A stretch of 62,447 nucleotides of DNA, filler included, from Chrysochromulina tobinii (taxonomy: Eukaryota), in assembly GCA_001275005.1 (NCBI GenBank). It is 7 parts of 7 records of this genome, joined end to end, with 100 filler letters (N's around TTAATTAATTAA, not from the genome) between each part and the next. Parts side by side here need not be neighbours in the genome. Positions count along the whole stretch, not along the records: positions 18,463 to 30,680 come from JWZX01001035.1; positions 30,781 to 41,876 come from JWZX01001036.1; 5 more parts are not named here. The stretch is one strand, 5' to 3'. Below the pieces are notes generated by a model. That model worked only from the letters and a program-made list of their open reading frames with translations, did not search any database and was not told where the DNA came from. The position numbers were made by a program, and so were the translations under genes. Positions 22,275-34,560 of this stretch are shown in pieces. The stretch's first letter is position 1. The number at the start of each line of letters is the position of its first letter.

Positions 22275-23948
22275 ATGTCCGAGTCCGTCGCCAAGATGAT
22301 CCTGAAGTGCGAGAAGACGGGCAAGCTCTTCTTCTCCGAGGCGGAGGCCAAGCAGCATGCTGACGACACCGGCTTCAGCGCCTTTGCCCAGGTCTCGCCG
22401 GAAGAGAAGGTGTGGGTCTGTGCGGAGACAGGCAAGGTGTGCTTCAACGAGCAGCAGATGAGCCTCCACAAGCAGCGCGTGGCCGAGGCGATCACGTGGA
22501 CCGAGCAGACGGTGGCTGACATGCACGAGGCTCGGGCCAAGAAGGCGGCCGAGGAGGCAGCGGGCGCCGAGGACGTGGAGATGGAGACTGAGGAGGACCA
22601 GCTGCTGCGCGCGGCAGGCAAAGCGCCCAAGGGTAAGGGCAACGCCAAAGCCACGGGCCCTGCCCTCGTCACCAAGGAGGTCGTCGAGCAGCTCGTCGAG
22701 ATGGGCTTCTCGGAGCTGCGCGCACAAAAGGCGCTCGTGAAGACGTCCAACGGGGGCATCGAGGGCGCGATCAACTGGCTGACCGAGCATCTTGAGGACG
22801 CGGATATCGACGACGCGAACTTTGGCGAGTTTGAGGTGAAGCCGGCCGAAGAGGTGAGCTTGGCCGCCGCGCAGGCGTTGGCGGGCGTTTCGCACCTCTC
22901 GGCTGAGGAGAAGAAGCAGAAGCTCGACGAGCTTCTCGCCAAAGCGAGGGCCAAGAAGATGGGCACGAGCGTCGAGGAGGAGAAGCAGAAGGAGAAGGCG
23001 CGGCGCGATGATGGCAAGAAGACGGTGCAGTCGAAGCGCGAGCTTGAGGAGCAGCAGCGGAAGCGTGACGCGGATGCACGCAAGCGTGAGAAGCGCGAGT
23101 TCGAGGAGGAGCGCGCCAAGCTGAAGGCCAAGCTCGAGGCTGACCGGCAGGAGAAGATCAAGAACGGTCTGCTAAAGCCAGCCGCCGTGCCGTTGACGGA
23201 GGAGGAGAAATCGAACCTGAAGCCGCTCTCGCGCGCCGGGCCGCCCGAGGAGGAGAAGAGGCCCAAGAAGCCGATGAGCGAGCGAGAGCGCGAGGCTATG
23301 GAACAGATGTCGGCGATGGGTGGGATGAAGCGCAACTACGACGAGGAGCCGCTCACGCTGGAGGAGGCGACGGCGAAGCTGTGCGCGCACGCGGATACCA
23401 AGGTGCGTCCCGCGCTCGACATGATGCAGAAGATGGTGGCCAACATCGCCAAGACTCCCGCTGAGGCCAAGTATCGGCAGCTACGTCTCTCGAACCCCAA
23501 AGTGGCTGAGGGGCTCGTGTTCGTGCCAGGCGCGCGCCAGTTCCTGCACGCGATCGGCTGGGTGATCGGTCCGGGCGCGGGCGAGGTGGGGGAGGATGCG
23601 CCCAAGGATTGCATCAGCCTGCCCCTCGAGGGGGACGGCGTCGCGCAGGCGGCGGCGCAGCAGGCGGCGGTCGCAGCGCTGGTGCAGGCATCGAACGCGG
23701 CGGTCGAGAAGCGGCGACTCGATGAGCTTGCGGCACGCAACAAGGAGATTGCGGACAAGCTCGCCAAGCAGAAGGCGGAGAAGGAGGCGATGAAGGCGGC
23801 GATGGCGCGCGACCGCGCTGAGGTGGCCGCCCGCGGGCCCGCGCAGGCGTCGATCGCCAAAAAGCTGCCGACTGAGAGCGGCGGCACCATGACCTCGGCC
23901 ATTTTCTCGGAGCAGGAGGAAGCCGAAGGGCGCCGTAACGCACAGTAA
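22275..23948 (+). CDS. Zinc finger-UBA-coiled coil-PUB domain protein (p97/Cdc48 cofactor-like)
   Basis: CEKTGK/CAETGK fingers; VEQLVEMGFSELRAQKAL...AINWL (UBA); NIAKTPAEAKYRQLRLSN...FLHAIGW (PUB). Confidence 0.85.
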   Translation: MSESVAKMILKCEKTGKLFFSEAEAKQHADDTGFSAFAQVSPEEKVWVCAETGKVCFNEQQMSLHKQRVAEAITWTEQTVADMHEARAKKAAEEAAGAEDVEMETEEDQLLRAAGKAPKGKGNAKATGPALVTKEVVEQLVEMGFSELRAQKALVKTSNGGIEGAINWLTEHLEDADIDDANFGEFEVKPAEEVSLAAAQALAGVSHLSAEEKKQKLDELLAKARAKKMGTSVEEEKQKEKARRDDGKKTVQSKRELEEQQRKRDADARKREKREFEEERAKLKAKLEADRQEKIKNGLLKPAAVPLTEEEKSNLKPLSRAGPPEEEKRPKKPMSEREREAMEQMSAMGGMKRNYDEEPLTLEEATAKLCAHADTKVRPALDMMQKMVANIAKTPAEAKYRQLRLSNPKVAEGLVFVPGARQFLHAIGWVIGPGAGEVGEDAPKDCISLPLEGDGVAQAAAQQAAVAALVQASNAAVEKRRLDELAARNKEIADKLAKQKAEKEAMKAAMARDRAEVAARGPAQASIAKKLPTESGGTMTSAIFSEQEEAEGRRNAQ

Positions 23949-24208
23949 GCTGGCGAGGGAGGATGCGGGTTTTGGCGAGGTCCGCCCGGCAGAGGACGCA
24001 GACGCCACAGACGCACGCAGAGCCACGCACCACGCGCCGGCACGTAGCCGGCACGGCACCAAAGGGCATTAAACATGCCACCGCTCGCGCTCTCAGTCTC
24101 ACGCGCACACAGGGCGGATTCGAGATGTAAGCGTGCGGGAGCGGCTGTAACAGAATCGATACTGAGTTTCTCGGTTACATTTTCATTATTATCATACCGA
24201 GCGTACTA

Positions 24209-27200
24209 CTATAAGCCGGCCTTCGCGTTCAGGACGCCAAACTGTGGCGCCGTCGCCGGGGCGGCATCAAAGGTCTCCTCATCCAGCCCAAGGGCGTCGC
24301 GCAGCCGGTGCTCGCACTCGTTGAGCCAGGAGTACAGGCGCACCGGCCGGCTCACGGCCCCGTGTGGCCCCATGATGGGCACCATCACGTGACGCGTGAG
24401 CAGATCGTCGACCAAGCACGCGTTGGCGACCTGCTCGCCAACAGATGCCTGCGCAGCCGAGTGCAGCTGTACTTGCCAGCCCCACTGCTGCGGCCGTAGC
24501 AACCAGGGAGGCTCGAGGTATCGGTGCTGCGTGATCACGCGCAGCTGCACGCACGGCGTCGTCGGCTCGTCCGAAGTGACCGCGCCCGCAAGGCACTGGC
24601 TCACCTGCCTGCCGTTGGCGAGGCACAGGTCCTTGTGGAAGGTGAGCCACAGGGCATCGTCCTCTGCCTCGCTCGGCCACTTCGAGGCCGACTGAAGTGG
24701 CCCACGCCCTGCCGTGGCCACTGTCTCTTCCGACACGCCCGTGAGCGGGGCGTAGTAGGCGCTCTCGCGTCTCACCAGAGGCATGAGCGGCCACTGATGC
24801 AAGAAGCTCACTATCTCGCGGTTGGTGTTGACCAGCTGCCAGCCCACGCCGAAGCAGCCGCGCGACGGGGAGAGCTGCTCGGTCCCAAACCACTCGAGGC
24901 GATCGCACGACCACTGCCAGCAGCCGCCCACGCGCAGCTCGTGTGGGTGGTAATCGAGGAGGGGCTCCTCTAAGGCCCTCACTTGGCCGCTGTCGAGGTC
25001 TCGGATATGGGATGCTCGCGTTTCAGCGAGGGCGCGATGCCGGTAATGCACGGGAGTGGCAGCTTCCTCATGGTATGTGAAGATGCCATCGTGCGTGGGG
25101 AAGAAGCCCCCCTGCCCGATGCCGAGCAAGAAGCGCCGCGCCGCACCCGTTAGAATAGCGAGCGCCCGCACACATGCCTCCGATTCCGCTCTCGGCGAAG
25201 GGAAGCGCGGTTGGCGACGTTGATTGAGCGTCGTCACTGCGCGAGGGTTTCTGAGCTCTGCTTGGGCATCCACAAGCGTGCAGGTCTTCCCCGTGTCGAG
25301 GTTGCGGACTGTGAGCACGATGTCCGCATCAGTGTCAACGCCGGGGTCGGCCACAACCCTCGGGTCATACACGTCGCACAGCCGCGGGGACGCTTTGTGC
25401 GAGCCTTGGTAGAACCATCGATCAAGCAGCTCGTTGGCGAGCAGCGGCTGCAGCGTACGGACGACGTGGAAGAGCTGGCGCCAGCCTCCCGGGAAACGCG
25501 CGCCAAAGTCCTCAAGGGACGTCCAGCCCCAGCGGCGGTGCAGCACAGCTGCCCAGACAGCTTGGGCGCGGGTGGCACGTGCCCATTCACGGCTGAGCCG
25601 GCTGGCCACCCGCGCAATAGCACGAATCGGCAGATGACTGACGATGACAACGAGCAGCTCCTCCGCAAGGCTGGGGATGCCTTGGTGAGCGAGGGCGGCG
25701 TCGGAGTCGTCATCCATGCACTCCTTGCAGCTGTCCGTGGCAGCGGCAGCAGAGGTGCTGGGCGCCGTGCTGGGCGCCGCAGTGGCCGAGGCGGCGGCTG
25801 CAGCGACGGCGGCACGGCTAGTCCCAGCTTCGGCCTCTGCTCGTTCGACAGCCGATGGCATCACGTGCACCGGTGTCGGGTCGATGGCAATGAGCGCAGC
25901 GACGTCGACTTGACGAAGCACTTTGTCATACGCCGTGTGCACGTTCAAAGGCTCGAGAGGCTCCGGCTCGGCACGCTCTGAGGCGCCGCAGTGCTGTGCA
26001 CCTTGCTCTTGCGCGCGCGACGCAGTGCTGTACACCACGCGCTCGAATGCTGCTGAGAAGGGGTCGCCGAGGCACGCTCCAGCGGCGGCAGCAGCCCGTA
26101 CCGGTACGATCCGCCGCCACGCGACCATGGGCAGCAGCGTTGGGTGGTGGCGATTAGCCAGCCGAAATCCAAGTCCAGCGTTGGGCATGAGAGCGAGCGC
26201 GGAGAGGGCGAGGGCGTCCCCAAATCCGATCTCGTCGCTGTCAATTTGCACGAAGAGGTGAGCCAAAGGCGTGCCGCCCTGCAGCCGCGCCATCGCATAC
26301 GCTGCCGCCGAGGTGAAGGCCGCGGTGCGCCCCTCCAGAAACTCATCGACCTCTGCGAGAGCACCGTCGCAGTTGTCACGGTAGTCGGTGTCGATAAAGG
26401 TGGCGCTGAGCACACTAAAGCCCGCCCGCTGAAGCCCACAGATCACGTCGAGATCGCCCAGCAGCAATCCCGAGCCGAGGCTCACATACACGAGGCGCCC
26501 GTCCGCTGGCAAATGGCCCTCCGCCTGCGCCGCCACCGCACGCTGCACCACCTCCTCGCGAAAGCGCCGGCGAACGTGAGGATGCAGCGAGCGCGTGCAA
26601 GCGCAGTTGCTCCGGCCGCACTCAGCCAAAGAGGCCAGGGGCAGCAGCGTCGGGAAGCGTTGAGCATCGAGCCAGACGAGCTCGTCTTCACATACGAAGG
26701 GCTGCTCGTCGCTCAGTATGCACTCGCGTACGGATGCGCGCCAATCTACATCGCCTTTGATGGCCAGCCCCGCCGAGGGCGCAGCGGCAGCGCCTTCTGC
26801 GGCAGAGGCCTCTACCGCCTCTACCGCCTCTACCGCCTCTACCGCCTCTACCGCCTCTACCACCTCTACCGCCTCTACCGCCTCTATCGCCTCTACCGAT
26901 GGCGCAACAGCTGATGCCGGCGCAGCGGCCGCTGCGGTCGCCTCTGCCGAGGCTCTGGAGGCTCTCGCCGCGGCGGCGGCTGCCGCCATTGCCGCCGCGT
27001 CGAGAGTGGGCTGGAGCAGCATCTGCGCCTCGCTCGAGTCGTCGGCAGCGCGGAGCACCCACGCCGTGATCTCACCATGCTGCTCCGTGTGCTCGACCAC
27101 GAGCGACGCACATCGAAAGAGCCAGCGGTGGTGCGTATCCGGCCGGCAGACGTCATAACGCGCATTGGGGCCGTTCGGCTTGTCGACTTGGAAGCCCTCC

Positions 27201-27367
27201 TCGGTGCCCACGGTGTGCATGCATGGCCTGTTCTCCTTGAGGACCAGCCGTCCGTTGGAGGAGATAGCAGAGCGCAGCCGCCGCAGCGTACTCACCACAT
27301 CCGCGTCAACTAGGTATTGCAAAGTCCACTGGATCCAGATCAAATCGTACTGAGCCCCGCGCGAGGA

Positions 27368-27423
<56 letters not shown>

Positions 27424-28243
27424 TGCCACCGCGCCCACCGCCCACGCCGCACGCCTCTAGAGCGGAGCTCTCCTCGAGCCGCCCGAGCACGAACTTGCAA
27501 CTCTGCGCGCGCTTGTTGCCCAGATACCGTCGAGCCTGCTTGAGCCATCTCTCACATCCCTCGAGCAGACACACGTGCTCGCACCGCTTGAGCAGCACGT
27601 GCTTCGTGACGCGCCCTACCCCCGCGCCACAATCGAGCGCAGAGCGCAGCAACAGCGACGGGTGCTTCGCGCGTAGCTCGTCGATCAGCTTCAACGAGTG
27701 CTCCACGTCTGTCGCCGAGGTCGTGGCATCGCCAATCATGGCCTCCTCATCCGTGCTGCCCGCGTACCCGTCCTCGTCCCAAAAGGTCTGATTGGCAGCG
27801 TAGTAGGCTGTGCGCTCCGCAGCCTGCTCCGCCCAAAGCTCGACGAGGCTGGGGAATCGGTTGCCACAGTCATCACTGCCACTGACGCCGGGCGGTGCAA
27901 TGGGCTCCAGTTTGGCCGGGGAATCGGGAAGCAGTGAGGCAGCCGCTCCTGACAGCGGCAATGGCGGAGGTGGAGTCGGCCCGGCATATGGCTCGCCGAG
28001 GCTAATGGCGATCAACGAGTCGTCGCGGACGGCACCACTTGGCCAATCATGATGCCGCGGAAGCTCGGCACCAGTTCGCCACACAAACAGTTTCGCCCGC
28101 TCAACATCCTTCTTCTTGAGCCGCAGTTTATTCGCCGCGGCAGCAAGCAAGCTCTCGGTGCTATCGGAGCTGAGCACAAGAGCCGCCTGAGGCTTCCCTT
28201 TGGCCGAGCCGGAGTTGAGGCAGACCGAGACGCGAATGGGCAT
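24209..28243 (-). CDS. Multidomain protein: NTM1-type alpha-N-methyltransferase + second SAM-fold-like domain + F-box
   Basis: ALDCGAGVGRVTKHVLL, YDLIWIQWTLQYL, LKEN (NTMT1 family); LVYVSLGSGLLLGD; IPSLAEELLVVIVSHLP...SRLSREW (F-box). Confidence 0.75.
26808..26897. repeat. 9-nt coding microsatellite (TCTACCGCC)n encoding (AVE)n
   Basis: Directly visible tandem repeat. Confidence 0.9.
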
Positions 28244-28570
28244 TTTGCACGGTGAACGCGGTGTTCACATGAACATCTAACGAAAAATCATGCGGGGCTT
28301 CCCGAGGTATCGAGACAGGCACGAATTCCCCACTGCCTGCGCGCCTGATATGGGGCCCTACCGGGTCCGGGACCGGTACACGTTGTCTTTTTACCGTTAC
28401 ACTCGAAAGGCTGGCGGGAATTTGGGGAAGGGACACCTATGTCTGAACGTCTTCCCCCTTAGCCCACAGGAAGGTTCGGTGTTCCTTCGTGGGATAAGCG
28501 CCCGACACGGCGCAACCGCGCATCTCTTCCTGTCAAGTCTCTGAGAAGGCCCGCCGGTGTGCAGCTGGGC

Positions 28571-30680
28571 ATGTCGCGTCCTTCGTCGCGCGCGTCGTTC
28601 GTCTCCGAGGCGACGTCCTCAATCACCGGTTCACGCGTGCGCGTGGCTGTGCGCGTGCGCCCGCCGCTCGACCGCGCGGGAGCGCCCGAGGGCATCATTT
28701 GTGGCGACGACGGCCACACGCTCATGCTGGATCTCGACGGCAGCGCCGGCGCCGATGCCGGCAACGCAGCCGCCTCCTGGGCCGTGCGTGGTCCGCGCGT
28801 GCGCTCCTTCAACTTCGATTCCGTGCACGACCGGCCGACGACGCAGGCAGAGCTCTTCGACGGCTGCGGGATGTGCGAGATGCTCGACGCAGCGCTCGAC
28901 GGCTACACGTCAACTGTCTTCGCCTACGGCCAGACGGGCAGCGGCAAGACGTACACCGTCTCCGGCCCGACGGCCACCCGCGCCACCTCGTCGGTCTCCG
29001 CGATGCCCGGCAACGCCGACCCGCTGCCCGCGTCCGCCGGCCTTATGCAGCGCGCGGCTCACTATTTGTACGAGGCCATCGGGCGGCGCTCGGGCGTGCA
29101 GCACACGGTGCGCGCGACGTACCTCGAGATTTACAACGAGCAGGTGGTGGACCTCATCGAACCGGGCGCACCGCTGTCCGTACGCGGCTCGGTCAACGGC
29201 GGCTTCTACGTCGAGGACCTGTCGGTTGTCCAGTGCCGCGGGCTGCGCGATCTACAGTACGTGATCGCCAAGGGGCTCGAGCACCGGTCGCGCGGCGTTC
29301 ACCAGATGAACTTGGACTCGTCGCGCTCGCACGCCATCTTCTCCGTGTACATCGACGCGCTCGACGACGACGACGGCACGGGCCGGCCGGCGGCGGCGCG
29401 CTACGGCAAGATCTCGCTCCTCGACCTTGCCGGCTCCGAGAATGTGCGCTCGACCCAGTCGCATGGCACAGGGCTCAAGGAGGCGGGCTCGATCAACAAA
29501 TCGCTCTTTGCGCTCGGCCAGGTGATCAAGGCCCTTGCCCTCGAAGCGCGCAACGGCCCCGAGTCCCGCCAGCCCTCTGGTCTCGCCCGCGTGCCCGCGC
29601 ACGTGCCATACCGTGACTCGACCCTCACCAAATTGCTCGCCGATTCCCTGGGTGGCTCGGCGCACACACTCATGATCGCGTGCTGCTCGCCCTTCCTCGC
29701 GTACGCGGACGAGTCGATCCGCACGCTGCACTACGCGTGCTCGGCGGGCGCCATCCGGAACAAGCCGGTGGTCAAGCTCGATCCCCAGGATCAGCTGATC
29801 CTGCGCCTACGGGACGAGGTGGCGACGTTCAAGGCCAAGGTTGCGCAGCTCCAAGGCGAGCTCGAGCGCTCAAACACGCGCCTCATCGCGCACGGGCTGC
29901 CCACCGTCGCCGCCACCCCCGCCACCGCGGGCGGCGCCGGCGGCGAGCGGCCTCACTCCATTCACAGCTCCGGCGGTGAGCGGCCACGTCCGCCGAGCGC
30001 GCCGCCGAGCGCGTGCTACTCGCCCGACTCGGCGCGTCGCGGCCACGGCAACGGATCCGTCTCCATAGCGAGTTTCGGCAACGGTTATGAGGACGGGCAC
30101 GAGGGCGGGCGCGAGTGGGCGCAGTGGGCGCCCGTGCCGGCGCCCGCCACGGCGCAGTGGGTGCCCCGCGCTCACGACGGCGTCGCTTTGGGAGCGACGG
30201 GGCGCGGCCGTTGGGAGGCAATCAGCAGGCAATCAGAGGCAATTGACGAAACCCACCTGCCCATCGCTTTGGGAGCGACGGGGCGCGTTGGCGGCAGCGG
30301 CGTCGGCGCTCACGACGGCGTCGCATTGGGAGCGACGGGGCGCGTTGGCGGCGGCGGCGTCGGCGGGAGTGACGGCTGCGAGGCGGGCGGCGATTGGAGC
30401 GGCGTCATCGGCGTCGGCGGTAGAAGCAGCGACGATGGCGGCGGCGGCGGCGGGAGCATGAGCGGCGGCGGCGACGGTGCTCCCTGCTCGGCGTGTGCGG
30501 CGCTGTTCGCGGACACGGACACCATTGAGCGCGCGCGCCGTTCGGAGGCACTGCTGCAGAAGCAGCGCCGCATCATGCTCGAACTCACCTCAAGGTGCTG
30601 CGACGCGACGATCCTCTTGATTGCCTGTGATGACCTCATGATTGCCTCCCTCATCAGGTGCTGCGACGCGACGATCCTCT
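28571..30680 (+). CDS. Kinesin motor protein (3' truncated by contig end)
   Basis: VRVAVRVRP, GQTGSGKT P-loop, NLDSSRSH, DLAGSE, HVPYRDSTLTKLL. Confidence 0.95.
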
Positions 30681-30780
30681 NNNNNNNNNNNNNNNNNNNN
30701 NNNNNNNNNNNNNNNNNNNNNNNNTTAATTAATTAANNNNNNNNNNNNNNNNNNNNNNNNNNNNNNNNNNNNNNNNNNNN
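30681..30780. other. Artificial contig-joining spacer
   Basis: N44-TTAATTAATTAA-N44. Confidence 0.99.
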
Positions 30781-31674
30781 GAGTTGGCATTGTGTGTTTG
30801 CGCGATTGATTGACTGAGGCGAGGGACGCTGAATGGACTCCATCGAAAGGCGAAGGACTGTGCGAATTTGCGCGGTCCGGTTCGTCACATTCTGAAACGC
30901 CCGCGGCGTTTGGGCTTACCGTTACCGAACCTGATTGTGGGTTCATCGTTTCTCGCCTCTCTCTTCCCTCTCATAACCGCGTTAAGTACTTAACTTTGAT
31001 TCGGGCAACAGGGCATGTGGACGATCAGTGTGCGAGTTTGGTGGGGTCGATATCCTCTCAACTCCCTCACATGGGCACGTGTTACCCACTGGCATGGTTT
31101 TCTGGGTCGCCGATTCGCAAACGTTCACTGCCCACGACGGCGCCTACCACTTGAAGGTGCTTGGACGGGCCCAGAGCCGGGGGAGGGCACCCTCATTTGC
31201 GTCACCCTGCGATCCCAGCTGGCTCATACCCGCCCAGCGAATTTGATTGCCTCCCTCCTTGTCCTCGCGCCTATGGAAAACCCCGCGTCGTGGTGGCGGC
31301 GCGCTGTGGTGGCGGCGAGGAACTTAGCGTATGGGCCGTGCACGCCGTTATGCCGCCCGTCTTCCCGGCGCGACGCCAAGGATGGTGGCCCTTGCCTCTG
31401 GCATGGTTACTTACCCGCGCTTGTTGCAAAGCCGGCGCCTTGCAAGCTGCAACTCTCCCTGGCTATCTCTGATTCTCTTACGCTCGGCTCGGGACTTGCA
31501 CGGGGGCTCTCCGGCGACACTCGACCTGGGACTACGGAGGCTGGCCTGTGCGTTCCTCCGCGTCAACAGCCGGGACGTGGTCAGCACGGCCTCCGCCTGC
31601 GAGGTGGTGGCGATACAGATGCTCAACAGCCCAACCTCAATCTTGACCCGCAGCTCCCGGCGGCTGGTGAATGT

Positions 31675-32630
31675 GGATTTCATCTCCTCTCCCTCAACAT
31701 GAAGGGAGCCGCCTTGACAGAGCGACAGGCAGCAGGCCTCGACCACTGGGACTGTCGTACCCGCTCGCTCCTCTCGACGATCAACCTGTGGCAGCGGCCA
31801 GCGCTGATCGCGCTTCAGGAACTAGGGGGTGGCCAGGCCAGCATCGACAGGCTTTCCCTCGAGCTCCGGCGACTGGGTTACGACACTGCGGCGCGCGCCG
31901 GGGAAGAGACTCACTCGCGCCAAGATGGCCATCGCCGCGGCGGAGTCCTTCTTGCATGGCATCGTAGCCAGTTCCGGCCCACACGGAGCGAATCTCAGGC
32001 GGAGCGATGCTTTCATGGCTTTGCGCTCCTTCATGCTGCTGACATCACAGCTGCCCACGAGGGCGGCCTCGTCAGTAGCACCGTGGCAGCCGAACTGATT
32101 AGATATGCCGGCCACTGAGCGCTCGCCGTCCAGCTCACGCGCACTCGAGGGTCACAGGCCAACACCGAACTCCTCTTCGCCGTCGTGTACACCCCTGCGT
32201 CAGCCTCGCACGCCCTGCGCGCGGCATTCATCGAGCTACTAGCCGATAAAGTTGAGTCTCTCACCGCCGACGCGCTCACGGGTGAGATCACCCTGCCCTT
32301 TGCAGTGGCTGGAGACTGGAATGCTTCCCCGGGGCCCGAATTTCGTCGCAACGGCGCGGCCAACGATGTGCACGACGATGCTCTGCTTCGTCGGTGGTTT
32401 GGGGATGGGGACGGGCGCCGCCTCTCGGCTCCAGTTGCTACTGGGTTACAAAGAGGCCAGTTTACATTTCGGGCTTCCACGGGGCCTCAAAACGATCGTG
32501 ATCTGGACTTTGTATTCACCAATTACGATCAGTCCAACTTGTGGCGGCCTTCTGAAAAGGGAGGCGTTTTCTTGGGGGAATGGGGGGAAACAGGCGACGC
32601 GTTTGATCACCGTGTGGGACTGTACTTCCG
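31675..32630 (+). other. AP-endonuclease (EEP) domain of retroelement
   Basis: LSLNMKG, IALQE, GGVLL, VVYTP, AGDWNA (GDWN at 32311), TF...DLDFVF, FDH (DH at 32605). Confidence 0.85.
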
Positions 32631-33639
32631 TAATGAAGGTACGCTCGAGCGCCTTGGTGACGGCCGTGGGCTCACCTTCCGTATCAGCAAGGCGCCTTCG
32701 TGCTGGGCTGGTTACCAGGCGCTCGCCGCCCAATTTATCCCTCCGCCGGCCGCCACAGCCGAGGTTGCTTTAGCCGCGCTGGAGTCTCACCTGGTTTGCT
32801 GTGCGAGCACCGCCATGGGTGCAGACCGATGGGGCTCTCGTGCGCCGAGAGCAACTCCTCCGGACGACCCAGAGGTGCGACTCAGGTGGCTGCAAGGCCT
32901 CTATTCCGTGGTCTGTGCCTCGTATGAGTGGAGCGCCGAGCATGCAGATCGAGCGCATCACCTCTTCATCGATTTGTCTAACGACAAACTTTACAAGGCC
33001 GTCATGCTTAGGCGAGTACGAGATCGTGAGCTGCATCGGGCTTCCATTCAAGGGAGGGCCTTGGCGTGGACACACTTGCGCAACGCCTGCGATAAACGTC
33101 TTCGAGACGCCATCGCAAGGCTACTACCAAAGGTGGAAGCAACTCGTCGACAGCTCAGGCAGTCTGTCGACCTTGGCATCGGTGAGCCGTGCTCGGCTCA
33201 AGAGTTTACAGAACGGCTTCATCAGAGACTGCGGGAGATTCGCGGTCGCAAACAATCAGGCCGTTTTCAAGTCGCTGCTCTCACCGACGAGGAGGGGGTC
33301 GTGATGAGGAGCGCCGAGACGGTTCACGCTATTGCCCGCAGTTATGGCGTCTCGCAGAATCGGCTTAGTGATTCAGATGACGAAGCGTTCGCGATCTGGC
33401 TCACCTCCCTTGTTCCACTCGTCCCGACGCTTACTCTTCCCGGGGGCGAAGCATGGACAATCCGCAAAGCCTTGCCAGTCGAGGTGATTCGGCGTGAGGC
33501 ACGGAAGCAGCGGAAGGGCAAGGCGCGGGCACTCAACCCCTTCATCATCGAGATGCTTCAGTGTCTTCCCGAAGGTCACCCGGCGGAGTTGGCCTATTTC
33601 GAGCTTCTACTTCGCTGTATGGAAGATGGAGTTTATCCG

Positions 33640-34560
33640 GCTCACTTTCTACAGAATATCGCTGTCCTCATCCCCAAAAAGACGGCGGGACTTTTGCACA
33701 TGTCGCTTCTAAGGGACATCTGGCTCATCAATCACGGTCCAAACTTGCGGAACGATGCCTTCTTCACACTGCGCTCACGACGGTTGGAGCGCGCGTTCTA
33801 CCCAATCACGCTGGAGGATGCAGAGGCAGAGGTTGCACAGAACAGGCGTTTGCTCTGCACTTGTGCATCGATGATGCGCTAGCAAGGCGCAAACCGATGT
33901 ACGTGCTCTACGTTGATCTCACCAAGTGTTTCATGTCGTTCTCCCGCACGGCAGCCGATCTTGCGATGAGACACGCTGGGATCCCTGAAGCTGCGCTTCG
34001 TGCGCTCCGCGGGCTGGTGGACAACTGGAAACATGGTGTCGCACAAGGAAGGTACGAAACCGCCTTTGGCGCTACCGACCCGTTCCCGATCCTTCGCGGC
34101 TTTCTTCAAGGCGCACAAGGGTCCCCGGAGGCCTGCAAGATCATGATGGACACCATTGCACAAGCCTTGGAACTCAAGGTCTCAGGTTATTCAGCCTTCT
34201 CACCGGACGGCGCCGGCCTTGAGATGGGCATGCTTGTCTTCGTTGACGACGCTGCCAATGCCACGAACGAAGCCTTCTTCCTTCACCGGACCACTGTGTT
34301 CTGGTCTATCTGGAGCCGCATCACAGATTGTCAGCTCAACATCAAGGGCAAAAGCAAAACGGTTGTGCAGGCACTGGAATACAAGCGTGGCCGTGACGGT
34401 ACACTCCTCCCTAAGTCGACATCTGAGCAGTTCTTCATCGCTGGCCTGCGCCCAGGGGACCCGCCCCGCCTCATCCCCAACCTACTCGTCAATGAGCTTT
34501 ACCTGTACTGCGGGATGGCTACGCGCATGGATGGTCGCCATAACGATGATGGACTCGCCA
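33640..34560 (+). other. Non-LTR reverse transcriptase domain
   Basis: VLIPKK...LRDIWL, YVDLTKCF, RGFLQGAQGSP, FVDD (34239-34250), YLYCG. Confidence 0.92.

Noticed and set aside
31165..31192. GPEPGEG upstream of the polyprotein as a 2A-like skip site
   Set aside because: Does not match D(V/I)ExNPGP; too weak without homologue alignment.
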